NCBI RefSeq assembly: GCF_019464535.1 | Contig: NZ_CP080507.1 | Location: 1,530,001 to 1,562,000 of the forward strand | Direction: 5' to 3' | Length of the DNA: 32,000 bases | Source of the DNA: Horticoccus luteus | GTDB taxonomy: Bacteria > Verrucomicrobiota > Verrucomicrobiia > Opitutales > Opitutaceae | Shown: piece after piece, positions 8,461-17,926 of the stretch | Numbering within the stretch: the first letter of the stretch is position 1 | Layout of the letters: each line of letters opens with the position of its first letter | The notes under the pieces: model-generated | Told to the model about the DNA's origin: nothing | Seen by the model: only the letters and a program-made list of their open reading frames with translations | The model's database searches: none | Position numbers and translations under genes: made by a program

Positions 8461-10260
8461 TTACTCCCAGCCGATCTGGCGGCCTTTGTTTTGCTCCTGG
8501 AGCCACTTCATCAAGGGAGCGTAGTAATCCAGCATCGCGCGGGTGGAGAATTTTTCGCCGGTCGCTTCTTCGAGGACCTGCCGCCAGTCTTCGGTCGCGC
8601 CTTTTTCCATGATGGATTTCATGAAGTCGCCGACCGCTTTGTTATTGGCGTAATTGCACGACTGCGGCGGCTGGTGGAGAATCTTGCGCGCGATATAGTC
8701 GTGGAGCTGGTATTTGAAGACCTGCGCGAAGGCGTAGTTGTGGTAGTAGGCGGGCGTGTCGTCGATGTGGGTTTTGGTCGCGGCATCGCAGTATTCCTCG
8801 CCACGCGGGGCGGGCGGCTCGATGCCTTGAAAGTCGCGCACGTATTGCCACCAGCGTTTGTTCCACTCGGAGGCGGGAAGATGATGCGCGTAGATGTCGG
8901 CCTCCCAATGCGTCATCACGCCGGACGACCAGTAGATGAAGACGACGCCGGGCGAGAGCGCGTCGTTGAGGAGGAAGGCGGTTTGATCAACGTGGTAGTC
9001 GGCGGGCAGGAGGCCTATGGATTTGAGGTAGGGCGCCTGATTCGAGGCGAGGGCGCCGAGTTCGCCGAAGCCTTCGTGGAAACCGGGATTGGCGCCGTCG
9101 CGCAGCAGCATCGGGACCTCGGGCCGTGTGTAACTCATGAAGTAGAAGGCGTGGCCAAGTTCGTGGTGCGCGGTGGAGAACCAATAGGGATTGGCCTCGA
9201 TCGACTGGAGGGAGCGGATGTCGTGGGCGAGGTCGATGTGCCAGCAGGAGGCGTGGGTGTTTTTCTTGCGCGGATCGCCCGCGGGCACGGGGTAGAGATC
9301 GGACTTCGTCCAGAACGAGGCGGGCAAAGGGGCGAAACCCATGCCGGTGTAAAATTGTTCGGCGGACTTGATGACGAACTCGGGTGTGCGGCCGTCGAAA
9401 AATTTCGTGAGATCGGCGCCTTCGGACAGGCCGTCCCACTCCTGTGACCAGCGGTTGTTGATCCAGTGCGCGGGAATGAGCTTGGGCACGGGCTGGTGGT
9501 ATTTTTCGGCGAGCTTGTATTTCACCCACGTGTGGAGCTGCAGGTAGAGCGGCCGGAGGACGCGCATGAACTCGTCGTTAAGCTGCAGCATCTGGTCGGC
9601 GGTCATGCCATATTTCGCGACCTGGAGAGAAAAGTAATCCGGGTAACCCATCTCCTCGGCGACGCCGTTGCGCAGGTCGCGAAGCTTGATGAGGCCGGCC
9701 TTGAGCGCGACGCCGGACTCCTTGGAGGCCTCCCAAACGGCTTGGCGTTCGGCGAGGTCGGTGGAGGATTCCAGGAGATTGTCGATGTCGTTTGCGGTGA
9801 CGACCTTCCCGTGGAGTTTGAATTCGAAACTGTTGAGGATGGAGGCCTGCTTCGTTTCGGCGGCGATGCGCGCATCGACGAGAGCGGGATTGGTCATCGG
9901 GCCTTCGGCGGCGTTGAGGAGGACGCGCTGGAGTTCGCGGACGGTGAGGTCGTTGAGCTCGGCGCGATGGGCGAGGAGGTCTTTCGCCTCACGGATGAGG
10001 GCGGGGTTGCCGTTGAAGGCGGCGAAGGCTTTGCCGGCGGTCTCGGAGGCGGCGTCGTGGGCGGGCGTGACGTCGGTCGCAGCAGCCCATTGGGCTTCGC
10101 TGGTGACGGTGACGAGCGCCTGGTAGGAGGCGTTGACGAGCGCGAGGAAGTGGTCGGCGCGCGCTTGCGTGGGGTTGACAACGGCGGCGGCGGAGGCCCC
10201 GCGACTGGCGGCGCTGAGAGCGGCGAGAGCCAGCGCGCAGCGGACGATGAGGTTTCGCAT
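8461..10260 (-). CDS. Peptidyl-dipeptidase A (angiotensin-converting-enzyme-like, peptidase family M2), secreted
   Basis: This is the C-terminal 599 codons of the 1179-aa ORF 8461..12000, starting at ATG 10260 (MRNLIVRCALALAALSAASRGASA, a signal peptide). The zinc site TAHHELGHAFYF plus downstream GANPGFHEGFGELGAL matches the M2 pattern HHEMGH...GANPGFHEAIGD. Confidence 0.85.
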   Translation of the reverse strand: MRNLIVRCALALAALSAASRGASAAAVVNPTQARADHFLALVNASYQALVTVTSEAQWAAATDVTPAHDAASETAGKAFAAFNGNPALIREAKDLLAHRAELNDLTVRELQRVLLNAAEGPMTNPALVDARIAAETKQASILNSFEFKLHGKVVTANDIDNLLESSTDLAERQAVWEASKESGVALKAGLIKLRDLRNGVAEEMGYPDYFSLQVAKYGMTADQMLQLNDEFMRVLRPLYLQLHTWVKYKLAEKYHQPVPKLIPAHWINNRWSQEWDGLSEGADLTKFFDGRTPEFVIKSAEQFYTGMGFAPLPASFWTKSDLYPVPAGDPRKKNTHASCWHIDLAHDIRSLQSIEANPYWFSTAHHELGHAFYFMSYTRPEVPMLLRDGANPGFHEGFGELGALASNQAPYLKSIGLLPADYHVDQTAFLLNDALSPGVVFIYWSSGVMTHWEADIYAHHLPASEWNKRWWQYVRDFQGIEPPAPRGEEYCDAATKTHIDDTPAYYHNYAFAQVFKYQLHDYIARKILHQPPQSCNYANNKAVGDFMKSIMEKGATEDWRQVLEEATGEKFSTRAMLDYYAPLMKWLQEQNKGRQIGWE

Positions 10261-10647
10261 GACGCGCGAGGCTGGCAAATGCAGGCGAGGCGACAATCGC
10301 AAAGCGGGTTGGGGATGGCAGGCGTTGACCGCGGCGGGCGAGTTGGAGGAGTCGGAAGCGATGACGCCGGATGAGATGTCGCGGCGGGCGAGGCGAGCGA
10401 TGCGGAAGGCGTGCGCGGTGGAGGTGCCGACGGAGCAGCTCGAACGCTGGGCGCGACGAATTCTGGAGGTCAACGGCGAGCTGCTGCCGCGCGGCGGAGC
10501 GCGCGGCCCACCTCGGGGCCGCATTGGTTTACGATTCGAGCGGCCGACGAAGCGCCCCGGTAGGCAACAAGCGGGGGCGCCGAAAAGCAGGTTGCGCGGG
10601 CCGTTGACAGCGGGCGGAGATTTGCGCCTAGCTGGACGTTTACGCCC

Positions 10648-11910
10648 ATGACCGACAAGCGTCTGCCGTTCACCAAGGACCAACTCGAAGCGATCGCCGC
10701 CAAAGTGCCGACGCCGTTTCACGTCTATGACGAAGGGGCGATGCGCAAAAATGCGCGGGCGTTTTACGAGGCGTTTTCGTGGGTGCCGGGCGGGTTTGTG
10801 AACTATTACGCGGTGAAGGCGCTGCCGAATCCCTATGTGCTGGAGGTGTTGAAGGAGGAAGGGCTGGGCGGCGATTGCTCGTCCTATGCGGAGCTCGTGA
10901 TGTGCGAAGCGGTAGGGATCACGGGTGAGAAAATCGTGTTCACGTCGAACGACACGCCGGCCGAGGATTATCAAAAAGCGGCGGAGCTCGGCGCGATCAT
11001 CAATCTCGACGACATCAGCCACATCGCGTTTTTGGAAAAGACGCTGGGCGGGAAGCTGCCGGAGATGCTGTGTTTCCGCTACAACCCGGGACCGTTGAAG
11101 GAAGGGAACGCGATCATCGGCAAGCCAGAGGAAGCGAAGTATGGGTTTACGAGGGAGCAGCTTTTCGAGGGCTATCGCCTGCTGCGAGACAAGGGCGTGA
11201 AGCGGTTCGGGCTGCACACGATGGTGGCGTCGAACGAGCTCAATGCCGACTATTTCGTGGAGACGGCGCAGATGTTGTTTGACCTCGTGGTGGAGCTGAA
11301 CCGCGCGCTCGGGATTCGTTTCGAGTTTCTCAACCTCGGTGGCGGCATCGGCATTCCGTATCGGCCGGAGCAGACGGCGGTGGATCTCGCCGCGGTCGGC
11401 CAACGCATCAAGGCCGCTTACGAAAAGACGATCGTGGCGAACGGCCTGGGGCCGATCCGCATCGCGATGGAGTGCGGTCGCATGATCACCGGACCGTATG
11501 GCTATCTCGTGTCGCGCGTGCTGCACAAAAAGGCGATTTACAAAAACTATCTCGGGCTTGATGCGTGCATGGCGAATCTCATGCGTCCGGGCATGTATGG
11601 TTCGTATCACCATATTACGGTGCCGGGGAAGGAGAGCGCGCCGAAGAAGGTTTACGACGTCACCGGTTCGCTCTGCGAAAACAACGACAAGTTTGCCATC
11701 GATCGCGAAATCGCGGACGCGGCGATCGGCGATCTGGTCGTGATTCACGACACGGGCGCGCACGGGCACGCGATGGGTTTTAATTACAACGGCAAGCTGC
11801 GTTCCGCCGAGGTGCTCTGGCAGGGGGACGGGAAATTCAAAGTCATCCGCCGGGCGGAGACGTTGAACGATCTTTTCGGGACGCTGGATTATCCGGGATT
11901 GCGGCGCTGA
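10648..11910 (+). CDS. lysA: Diaminopimelate decarboxylase-like fold-type III PLP decarboxylase
   Basis: 420-aa ORF with PTPFHVYDE, YAVKALPN (PLP lysine), NLGGGIGIPY, CENNDKF and HDTGAHGHAMGFNYNG. These blocks are typical of the Orn/DAP/Arg decarboxylase family 2. A polyamine-pathway paralogue cannot be excluded by eye. Confidence 0.75.
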   Translation: MTDKRLPFTKDQLEAIAAKVPTPFHVYDEGAMRKNARAFYEAFSWVPGGFVNYYAVKALPNPYVLEVLKEEGLGGDCSSYAELVMCEAVGITGEKIVFTSNDTPAEDYQKAAELGAIINLDDISHIAFLEKTLGGKLPEMLCFRYNPGPLKEGNAIIGKPEEAKYGFTREQLFEGYRLLRDKGVKRFGLHTMVASNELNADYFVETAQMLFDLVVELNRALGIRFEFLNLGGGIGIPYRPEQTAVDLAAVGQRIKAAYEKTIVANGLGPIRIAMECGRMITGPYGYLVSRVLHKKAIYKNYLGLDACMANLMRPGMYGSYHHITVPGKESAPKKVYDVTGSLCENNDKFAIDREIADAAIGDLVVIHDTGAHGHAMGFNYNGKLRSAEVLWQGDGKFKVIRRAETLNDLFGTLDYPGLRR

Positions 11911-11966
11911 GCGCGGGGGGCGGGGCGAGTGGACGGGCGATGCGTGGAGGTTGGCGCGGCGCGTGA

Positions 11967-11986
11967 GCGGGGTGAGGGCACCCCGC
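11967..11986. terminator. Hairpin between the convergent lysA and DUF5703-like genes (no U-tract)
   Basis: Perfect 8-bp stem GCGGGGTG / CACCCCGC with loop AGGG. There is no T-run on either strand, so terminator function is uncertain. Confidence 0.3.
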
Positions 11987-12015
11987 CTACATGAAGACAA
12001 TCGGGCGGGGTTGGA

Positions 12016-14325
12016 CTAGCGGAGGGGAAGGCTAGTTCTGTCCGCGCCGAGGAGCACGACGACGTCGGCGCGGCGGGCGGCGGGGGTGACGTCGAGGCGG
12101 GTGAGTTGGCCGTCCTTCAGCTCGCCGTCGATAATCGTGTTGCGGTTGGCGTGGAGGCGGAAGCGGACGTTCCAGCGGTCGGCGGGCCACGCCGGAAAGA
12201 GATAGATTTTATCGGCGACGCATTGCAGGAGCATCGTTTGCAGAGCGAGCTCGGTGACGCTCCCGTGGTCCATGTCGGGCAGCCAGTCGAAGTTGGGGCC
12301 GAAGAATCCGGGAAAACGCGCGGCGGAGGTTTGGGTCGCGTTTTTGATGACGTCGTCGGTCGCGATGTCGGTCAGCCCGAGGAGCGCGGCTTGGATGGCG
12401 TCCTGCCGCCAGCCTCCGGTGTCGGCCACCGTGCGACGGGCGAAGGTCTCGCGGGCGGTCGCGAGCGCGGGGCGGCCGGTGCCGTAGAGGTGAAAGGGAA
12501 ACACCGGATAAAGTTCGGCGTTTTCGGAATTGCGCGGCACGGCCTCATGAACGGCGGCGGGCAGAATGTGAGGTCGCCCATCCGCGAGACCAATGGGCAG
12601 CGGGGGGACGGCGGCGAGAAGTTCGCTCCACGCGCGGCGGTCGGCGGGGTCGATGGACGGGGCGGGCAGCGCGAGCAAATCGCCGAGGACGCTGCGCAGG
12701 CCGGCGATGTCGGGCGTAGGATTATCGCAGTCCCACCAGGTTTCGAGGGCTTGGGCGGGCGCGAGATGGAGGTGGCCTTCGGCGTCGCGCGGGTAGTGGG
12801 CGGCGAAGAATCCGAGCACGGGTCGCGCGAGCGGCAGGATGGAATCGTGCAGGAAGGCGGCGTCGCCCGTGTTTGCGTAGGTTGCGAGCAGGAGCGCGAG
12901 GAGTTCGAGGCCGCCGTTGTAGTGATGACCAATATAGCGGTTCGTGAGTTGGCCGACGGGGAGGTCGGGCGGGCGCTGCCAGCCGTAGTTGTCGTTCAAG
13001 TGCGAGCCCCAGAAGTAGAGTGTTTCGGGGAAGAACGCGCCGTCGTGGTTGAACCAGCGGCGGGTGCGAAATTCCGCGAGCGGGAGGGCGTCGAGATACA
13101 TTTTGACCAGCGGTCGGAGAAAGTCGGTGTCGCCGGCGGCGAGGAGCGTCCAGTAGGGCAGGCGGGTGTTTTGGAACCAATAGGCCCCGCCCCAGCGGCG
13201 GTAGTCGGCATCGAAAGGCGCGTTGGACAAATTCCAGTCGGCGGTAAAAAGACTGCCGTTAAATTTGATCGGATAGGCGCCGCGACCGGCGCAGGCGATG
13301 AGGTAACGTTGACGGACGTAAGCGGCGGAGACGGCGGCGGCATCGCTTGCGGGTGCGGGGTGACGGGCGGTGACGACGACGTGACTGCGGGACCAGAATT
13401 CGCGCCAGTCGTCGGTATGCGCGCGCCAGGCGTCGGCGAGCGCGGTGGTTCGGACGGCGGCGGCTTGCGTGCGAAGAGCGGTGACCCATGACGCAGCGTC
13501 GGGCGTTTGCGCGGTGAGAACGTCGACGGTGAGGGCGGCGTGCTTGGCGGGCGCGGCCGAGCGCAGGGTGCGCGGGTCGGGGCGTTGAAAACCCTCGCCG
13601 GAGAGCAGGCCGCCGAACGTGCGGTGCAGGAGCGGATCGCGGGAGAGGTTTCTAAAATCGCCGAGACCCTGATGATCGAGCGTGGGAGCCCAGATGGAGG
13701 AGTCGTTGCGATGATACCAGAGGACGCCGGCCTCGGGCGCGTCGACCACGGTGTCGGCGGCGGCGAGAAGTGGGGCGGGAGAACCGGTGAAGCCGTAGGC
13801 GCTGACTTTTTCGCCGCCGAGTAGTTCGCGAGGGGCGGTGCGCCACGGGTCGAGCGAGGCGGTGACGGCGATGGGTTGTGAGGCGTCTACTTCGACGACG
13901 AAACGCGGGTGGTGCGCATCAGCCCAGAGGCGGATGTTGACCTCGCGGTCGCCGGCGGTGGCGCTGACGCGGACGGAGGCGGTGGCGAGATCGAGGGTGG
14001 TTTCAAAGTGTGCGGCGGCGGACGCGGGCAGCGCGGGCGTGAGTCTAACGCGCAGGCGACCGAGTTTGATGAGTCGGGAGAGGTGATCCCAGGCGTCGGA
14101 CTTCGAGAGGTAAAACACGACATCGCCTGAGGGCTCGACCCAGACGTTGGCGGCGAGATCGCCGTTGCCGAGGGGGAGTGAGCCGGCGGACGTCGGACTG
14201 GGTGTTTCCCACGTAATGTTGCCGAGGGCGGGCGAGGCGGGGGCAGGCGAAGAACTGGCGGGCAGGGCGGGGCTGATGAAACACAGCGCGAAGAAGCCAC
14301 AGAGTCCGACGAAGGGGCGACGCAT
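12016..14325 (-). CDS. Putative secreted glycoside hydrolase with a DUF5703-like N-terminal domain
   Basis: ORF 12016..14991 trimmed to ATG 14325 (MRRPFVGLCGFFALCFISPALPA, a signal peptide). It contains LPLGNGDLAANVWVEPSGDVVFYLSKSDAWDHLSRLIKLGRLRVRL and YWFQNTRLPYWTLLAAGDTDF, blocks I associate with DUF5703/GH95-related enzymes. About 769 aa. Confidence 0.55.
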   Translation of the reverse strand: MRRPFVGLCGFFALCFISPALPASSSPAPASPALGNITWETPSPTSAGSLPLGNGDLAANVWVEPSGDVVFYLSKSDAWDHLSRLIKLGRLRVRLTPALPASAAAHFETTLDLATASVRVSATAGDREVNIRLWADAHHPRFVVEVDASQPIAVTASLDPWRTAPRELLGGEKVSAYGFTGSPAPLLAAADTVVDAPEAGVLWYHRNDSSIWAPTLDHQGLGDFRNLSRDPLLHRTFGGLLSGEGFQRPDPRTLRSAAPAKHAALTVDVLTAQTPDAASWVTALRTQAAAVRTTALADAWRAHTDDWREFWSRSHVVVTARHPAPASDAAAVSAAYVRQRYLIACAGRGAYPIKFNGSLFTADWNLSNAPFDADYRRWGGAYWFQNTRLPYWTLLAAGDTDFLRPLVKMYLDALPLAEFRTRRWFNHDGAFFPETLYFWGSHLNDNYGWQRPPDLPVGQLTNRYIGHHYNGGLELLALLLATYANTGDAAFLHDSILPLARPVLGFFAAHYPRDAEGHLHLAPAQALETWWDCDNPTPDIAGLRSVLGDLLALPAPSIDPADRRAWSELLAAVPPLPIGLADGRPHILPAAVHEAVPRNSENAELYPVFPFHLYGTGRPALATARETFARRTVADTGGWRQDAIQAALLGLTDIATDDVIKNATQTSAARFPGFFGPNFDWLPDMDHGSVTELALQTMLLQCVADKIYLFPAWPADRWNVRFRLHANRNTIIDGELKDGQLTRLDVTPAARRADVVVLLGADRTSLPLR

Positions 14326-14536
14326 GCGCGAGAGTGTGCGGCGGCGGAGCGTGGCGAACAACGGCAAAGCGCAGCGGACGGTGGACGGTGTGGCGGGGGG
14401 TGAGAGCGGAGCGGGAGCGCGCGATCGGGCGGCCGAATCGACGGTGGCGAGGCCCGGCAAAGGCGTCGGGCCCCGGTCGCAAATTGACGCAGCGCGAGGT
14501 TGCGCCGGGCAGGGAGAGTCGCTCACGTCACGGCGC

Positions 14537-16876
14537 ATGCGCGTTACTCCTATCAACAGCGCCGAGGCGGTGTTCGAAGCGTTTTTCGATGAGCAACTCA
14601 GTGAGTTGTCGCGATGGACCGCCGACGTGCCGGGGGTGAGCGGCTTCAAGCTGACGCAGAGCTGGGCGTTCGTGATCGTCAATTGGGAGCGACCGGCGGC
14701 GGACGGGCTGGTGCTGCGGTTGCACCGGCGGTTCGCTCCCGAGCTGGACTGCACGGCGTATGACCGACTCCTGGTGGCGATCAATTTGCCGGAAGACAGC
14801 GTTATCACGCTCGCCGCGGAGACGGACGCGGGGCCGCGGCGGCGGGTGGGGACGCCCTGTGGCGCGACGAGGCACGAGGAGTGGCTGGCGTTGGACGGGG
14901 CGAGGCGGATCCACGCGCTCACGGTGGAGGTGCGTTCCCCGCGCGCGGCGGCGGGGTCGGCGTGGCTGCTGTGGTTTGGGTTGCAGCACACGGAGCGGCT
15001 GACGTTTCACCTCGCGCAGTGGGAAGGGTATGACGAAACGTGGGAAAAATATCTCCAGCCGGCGGAATTTGAACCGACGTTTCAGCCGGCCTACGGGTTG
15101 CTGATCGACGCGGAGGAGCTCGACGCGGTGCGGCGGGAGTTTGCGGATTCGGCGGTGACGCGCGAACTGCGGGCGGTGGGAGAAATCGCCCGCGCCGTGC
15201 AGCCGGAGAGCATGATCGCGGAGACGATGAATTTTTGGAATTACAACGGCTTCCGGCGCGAGCGGCAGATGGGGTGGATGCTCACGTGGCACGGGGCGTT
15301 CGCGGCGCAGGCGAGTGTGATGTGGCGGGACAAGGATCTGGGGCGGAGAGCGGCGCGGTTTGCGCTGAGCATGGCGCATTGCACGTATTGGGAGGACTCG
15401 TTTTTCGCGCAGTTGCGCGGGAGCACGTGGGAGCAGCGCGGGTTCGTGCAGGCGACGGCGACGTGGGATTGCGCGGTGATTCTGGATTTGTGCGGCGAGT
15501 GGTTTACGCCGCTGGGGCGCGAACTGATTTTGCGCCGGATCGCGACGGAGGCGCACGGCGCGATGAGCCAGGCCTCCTGGTGGTGGGAATACATGTATCA
15601 CACCAACCAGATCGCGTGGATCACGCCGGCGCGGTTGTATGGTTTGCTGGTGTTGGAGCAGACGATGCCGGCGCGGGGCGAAGGTTTTCCGAAGCCGGCG
15701 GCGTCGCGCGTGGCGCCGCACACCGACATCGCGTGGGCGAATCTGCAGGAGAATTTGGAGCACGCGCTGCTGCCCGACGGCGGCTACGTGGAAGGCTCGA
15801 CGTATTTCACCTGGGTGGCGCGGCAGGCGGTGGTGTCGGCCCTGCTTTATGGTCGCGGTCGCGGAAGGAATGCCCGTGAGCTCGTGCCGCCGGCGCTGCT
15901 GCGCACGGAACGGCTCGCGGAGATGCTGCTCTCGACGGACGACGGACAGGACATGTTACTGACGGGGGATGCGATGTTCGCGTTTGGCGAGGCGTTGACG
16001 TTTCTCGCGTGGCTCATGCCGCGGTCGCATTGGGTGACGATTTATCGCAAATCCCGCCGGCGTTCGGGAGTGGCACCGTTGTTGATGGCGCTGCGGCTGG
16101 ATCGAGAGATTCCGGCAGAGGGGCCGGAGCTGGCGCCGTTTCTGGAGATGAAGGACACGGGCATGATGGCGTCGGTGCGACGGCTGGAGGGGGAGTTGGT
16201 GAAGCTCTTCATCCTCGGCAACAAAGCGGGCGGCGACCATCAGCATGAGGACAAAGGGAGCTTTGTGCTGGAGTGCGCCGGGGATAGTTTCGCGTTTGAT
16301 TTCGGGGTGATGGATTACGCGAATCCGGTGACGGAATTGATGAAGCAGGCGCAGCGGCACAACATGCTGACGCCGTGGAGCGAGGACGTGAGACCGAAGC
16401 CGGCGAATCCCATTTCTGCGGACGTGAAGCCACAGGGCGGCGGCGATGCGACGGCCTTTCATGCCACGATCGATGCGACGCCGGGCTGGGAGGAATGGTT
16501 CACGAAGTGGCAACGCACATGGGATTCACCGACGCCCGACGAGCTGGTGATCACGGACGAGTGGACGGTGGCGAAGGGCGAGGGCGTGGTTTTCCATTGG
16601 ACGACGCGATTGCCGATGGCGCTGGACGGGCGGAGAGTAACGATCGAAGGGCGGCGCGCGGTGGCGGAACTAACGCTTCCGGACGACGTGGAGGCGGTGG
16701 TTGAAGAACTCCCGCTGCTCGATCCGCGGCGGCAGGCGACGGACGATCAACGACGGGAGATGCAGCAGTTCGGGTGGCAACACGCGAGGACGCAACCACG
16801 GTTGACGGTCCGGCAGCGCGGGCGAAGCGGCGTGTTGCGCATCGCCGTAAAACTCCGTCTGCGGGCAGTCACCTGA
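14537..16876 (+). CDS. Heparinase II/III-like protein (putative polysaccharide lyase); no obvious signal peptide
   Basis: ORF 14147..16876 trimmed to ATG 14537 (MRVTPINSAEAVFEAFFDEQ...). The C-terminal block GDHQHEDKGSFVLECAGDSFAFDFG matches the Heparinase II/III-like HxHxDxGSF motif, and an alpha-helical toroid-like region lies upstream. About 779 aa. Confidence 0.6.
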   Translation: MRVTPINSAEAVFEAFFDEQLSELSRWTADVPGVSGFKLTQSWAFVIVNWERPAADGLVLRLHRRFAPELDCTAYDRLLVAINLPEDSVITLAAETDAGPRRRVGTPCGATRHEEWLALDGARRIHALTVEVRSPRAAAGSAWLLWFGLQHTERLTFHLAQWEGYDETWEKYLQPAEFEPTFQPAYGLLIDAEELDAVRREFADSAVTRELRAVGEIARAVQPESMIAETMNFWNYNGFRRERQMGWMLTWHGAFAAQASVMWRDKDLGRRAARFALSMAHCTYWEDSFFAQLRGSTWEQRGFVQATATWDCAVILDLCGEWFTPLGRELILRRIATEAHGAMSQASWWWEYMYHTNQIAWITPARLYGLLVLEQTMPARGEGFPKPAASRVAPHTDIAWANLQENLEHALLPDGGYVEGSTYFTWVARQAVVSALLYGRGRGRNARELVPPALLRTERLAEMLLSTDDGQDMLLTGDAMFAFGEALTFLAWLMPRSHWVTIYRKSRRRSGVAPLLMALRLDREIPAEGPELAPFLEMKDTGMMASVRRLEGELVKLFILGNKAGGDHQHEDKGSFVLECAGDSFAFDFGVMDYANPVTELMKQAQRHNMLTPWSEDVRPKPANPISADVKPQGGGDATAFHATIDATPGWEEWFTKWQRTWDSPTPDELVITDEWTVAKGEGVVFHWTTRLPMALDGRRVTIEGRRAVAELTLPDDVEAVVEELPLLDPRRQATDDQRREMQQFGWQHARTQPRLTVRQRGRSGVLRIAVKLRLRAVT

Positions 16877-16912
16877 AGGAGTCGATGCGCGGCCCCCGCC
16901 AACTCCGCGCAC

Positions 16913-16938
16913 AAAAAGGCCAGCGCGAGGCGCTGGCC
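16913..16938 (-). terminator. Intrinsic terminator of the PEP-CTERM gene 16967..17779
   Basis: Perfect 9-bp stem GGCCAGCGC / GCGCTGGCC (16918-16938) with a 3-nt loop. On the minus strand it is followed by TTTTTG (A-run 16913-16917 on plus). Confidence 0.75.
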
Positions 16939-16966
16939 AGTTACGGGGAAGGAAAGTGAGATTAGC

Positions 16967-17779
16967 TCACTGACCGCGGCGTCGCCGGATAAAGACGAAG
17001 CCCAGGGCGGAGACGCCGCAAAGTTCGGCATAGGTGGCCGGCTCCGGCACGGCTGGCGACGTGGGGGTGCTGCGAATGGAATCGAGAAGCACGGTGCCAC
17101 CTCCGGACGTGAAATATTGGTCATGCACCGCAATCGTCCAATCGGTCGTGGCGTTCGATGGCGTGAAGGTGCCGGACAGACCGCCGGTAAAATCGGTGAA
17201 CGTCGCCGACGTATTTGAGAACTGGACGACGTAGCTGGCGGTGGTGGCGTCGATGGCCATCGTTGAAAAGGTCACCACCAAACCGCTCAGGGCGCTCGTG
17301 TCGGACCAGTTCCATGAGGCCAGGGTCTGGCCGTTCGCCCAGATTGACGCCGTGGTGGCGGGGTTCGTCATGTGGTCGCGGTAAAAGACGGAAACCCCAA
17401 AGCCAGCTCCCGGGAGGAAGTGATTATCGCCGTCATAATTCGGCCGGTAGCCGATCACAAATCGGTCGAGGCTGTTGCCGCTTTCGATATTGATCGAACC
17501 GAAGGTGAACTGCGTGGTCGTCCATTGGCCAACTTGAAAAGGGTTAAGCGTGTCGTTGCTTTGGATGACCACGGTATTGCCGTCGTTGCCCGTGTTGAAA
17601 TTCGCAAATCCTCCCGATTCGGAGGGTGCGGCCGTGCCGGGAAGACTGAACCCCGAGCCGGTGCCGTGGGTGTTCGTGCTAATGGAACCATCATCGAAAT
17701 TATCGATGATCGTGGTCTGAGCCAAGCCCGTGGAAACGAGCGAAAAACCGCAAAGAGCGGCGATGGTGAGGATTTTCAT
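16967..17779 (-). CDS. PEP-CTERM sorting-domain secreted protein
   Basis: 270-aa ORF with signal peptide MKILTIAALCGFSLVSTGLAQ and a G/T/S/N-rich body. The C-terminus VPEPATYAELCGVSALGFVFIRRRRGQ is the PEP motif, TM helix and Arg cluster. Confidence 0.85.
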   Translation of the reverse strand: MKILTIAALCGFSLVSTGLAQTTIIDNFDDGSISTNTHGTGSGFSLPGTAAPSESGGFANFNTGNDGNTVVIQSNDTLNPFQVGQWTTTQFTFGSINIESGNSLDRFVIGYRPNYDGDNHFLPGAGFGVSVFYRDHMTNPATTASIWANGQTLASWNWSDTSALSGLVVTFSTMAIDATTASYVVQFSNTSATFTDFTGGLSGTFTPSNATTDWTIAVHDQYFTSGGGTVLLDSIRSTPTSPAVPEPATYAELCGVSALGFVFIRRRRGQ

Positions 17780-17926
17780 TTAGGTAATGCTAAGGTGAAA
17801 ACCCCTGCAGAGATGTGAGACTGCCCGATCGGTGTCAATTTCGACCATTCGCGGACGCGTTTGCCAACAAGACGCAGGCTTACGAGGTGCTCCGTGGCGA
17901 GGCGGAGAGCGCGCGCTGGGCCGCAG

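Noticed and set aside
10261-12000. N-terminal 580 codons of the 1179-aa ORF 8461..12000, which would make a giant fusion upstream of the ACE-like peptidase
   Set aside because: This part is antisense to the well-supported lysA gene and crosses an intergenic region. Its translation is R/H/P/L-rich with no motifs. The peptidase has its own ATG plus signal peptide at 10260. It is a typical stop-free shadow frame in a high-GC genome.
16967-17779. The two PEP-CTERM genes as recent duplicates or a repeat family
   Set aside because: Only the ~15 nt encoding the PEP motif (CC[CG]GAGCCGGCCACC) is shared. The mature regions are not similar by eye, so the resemblance reflects the sorting signal and not a duplication.
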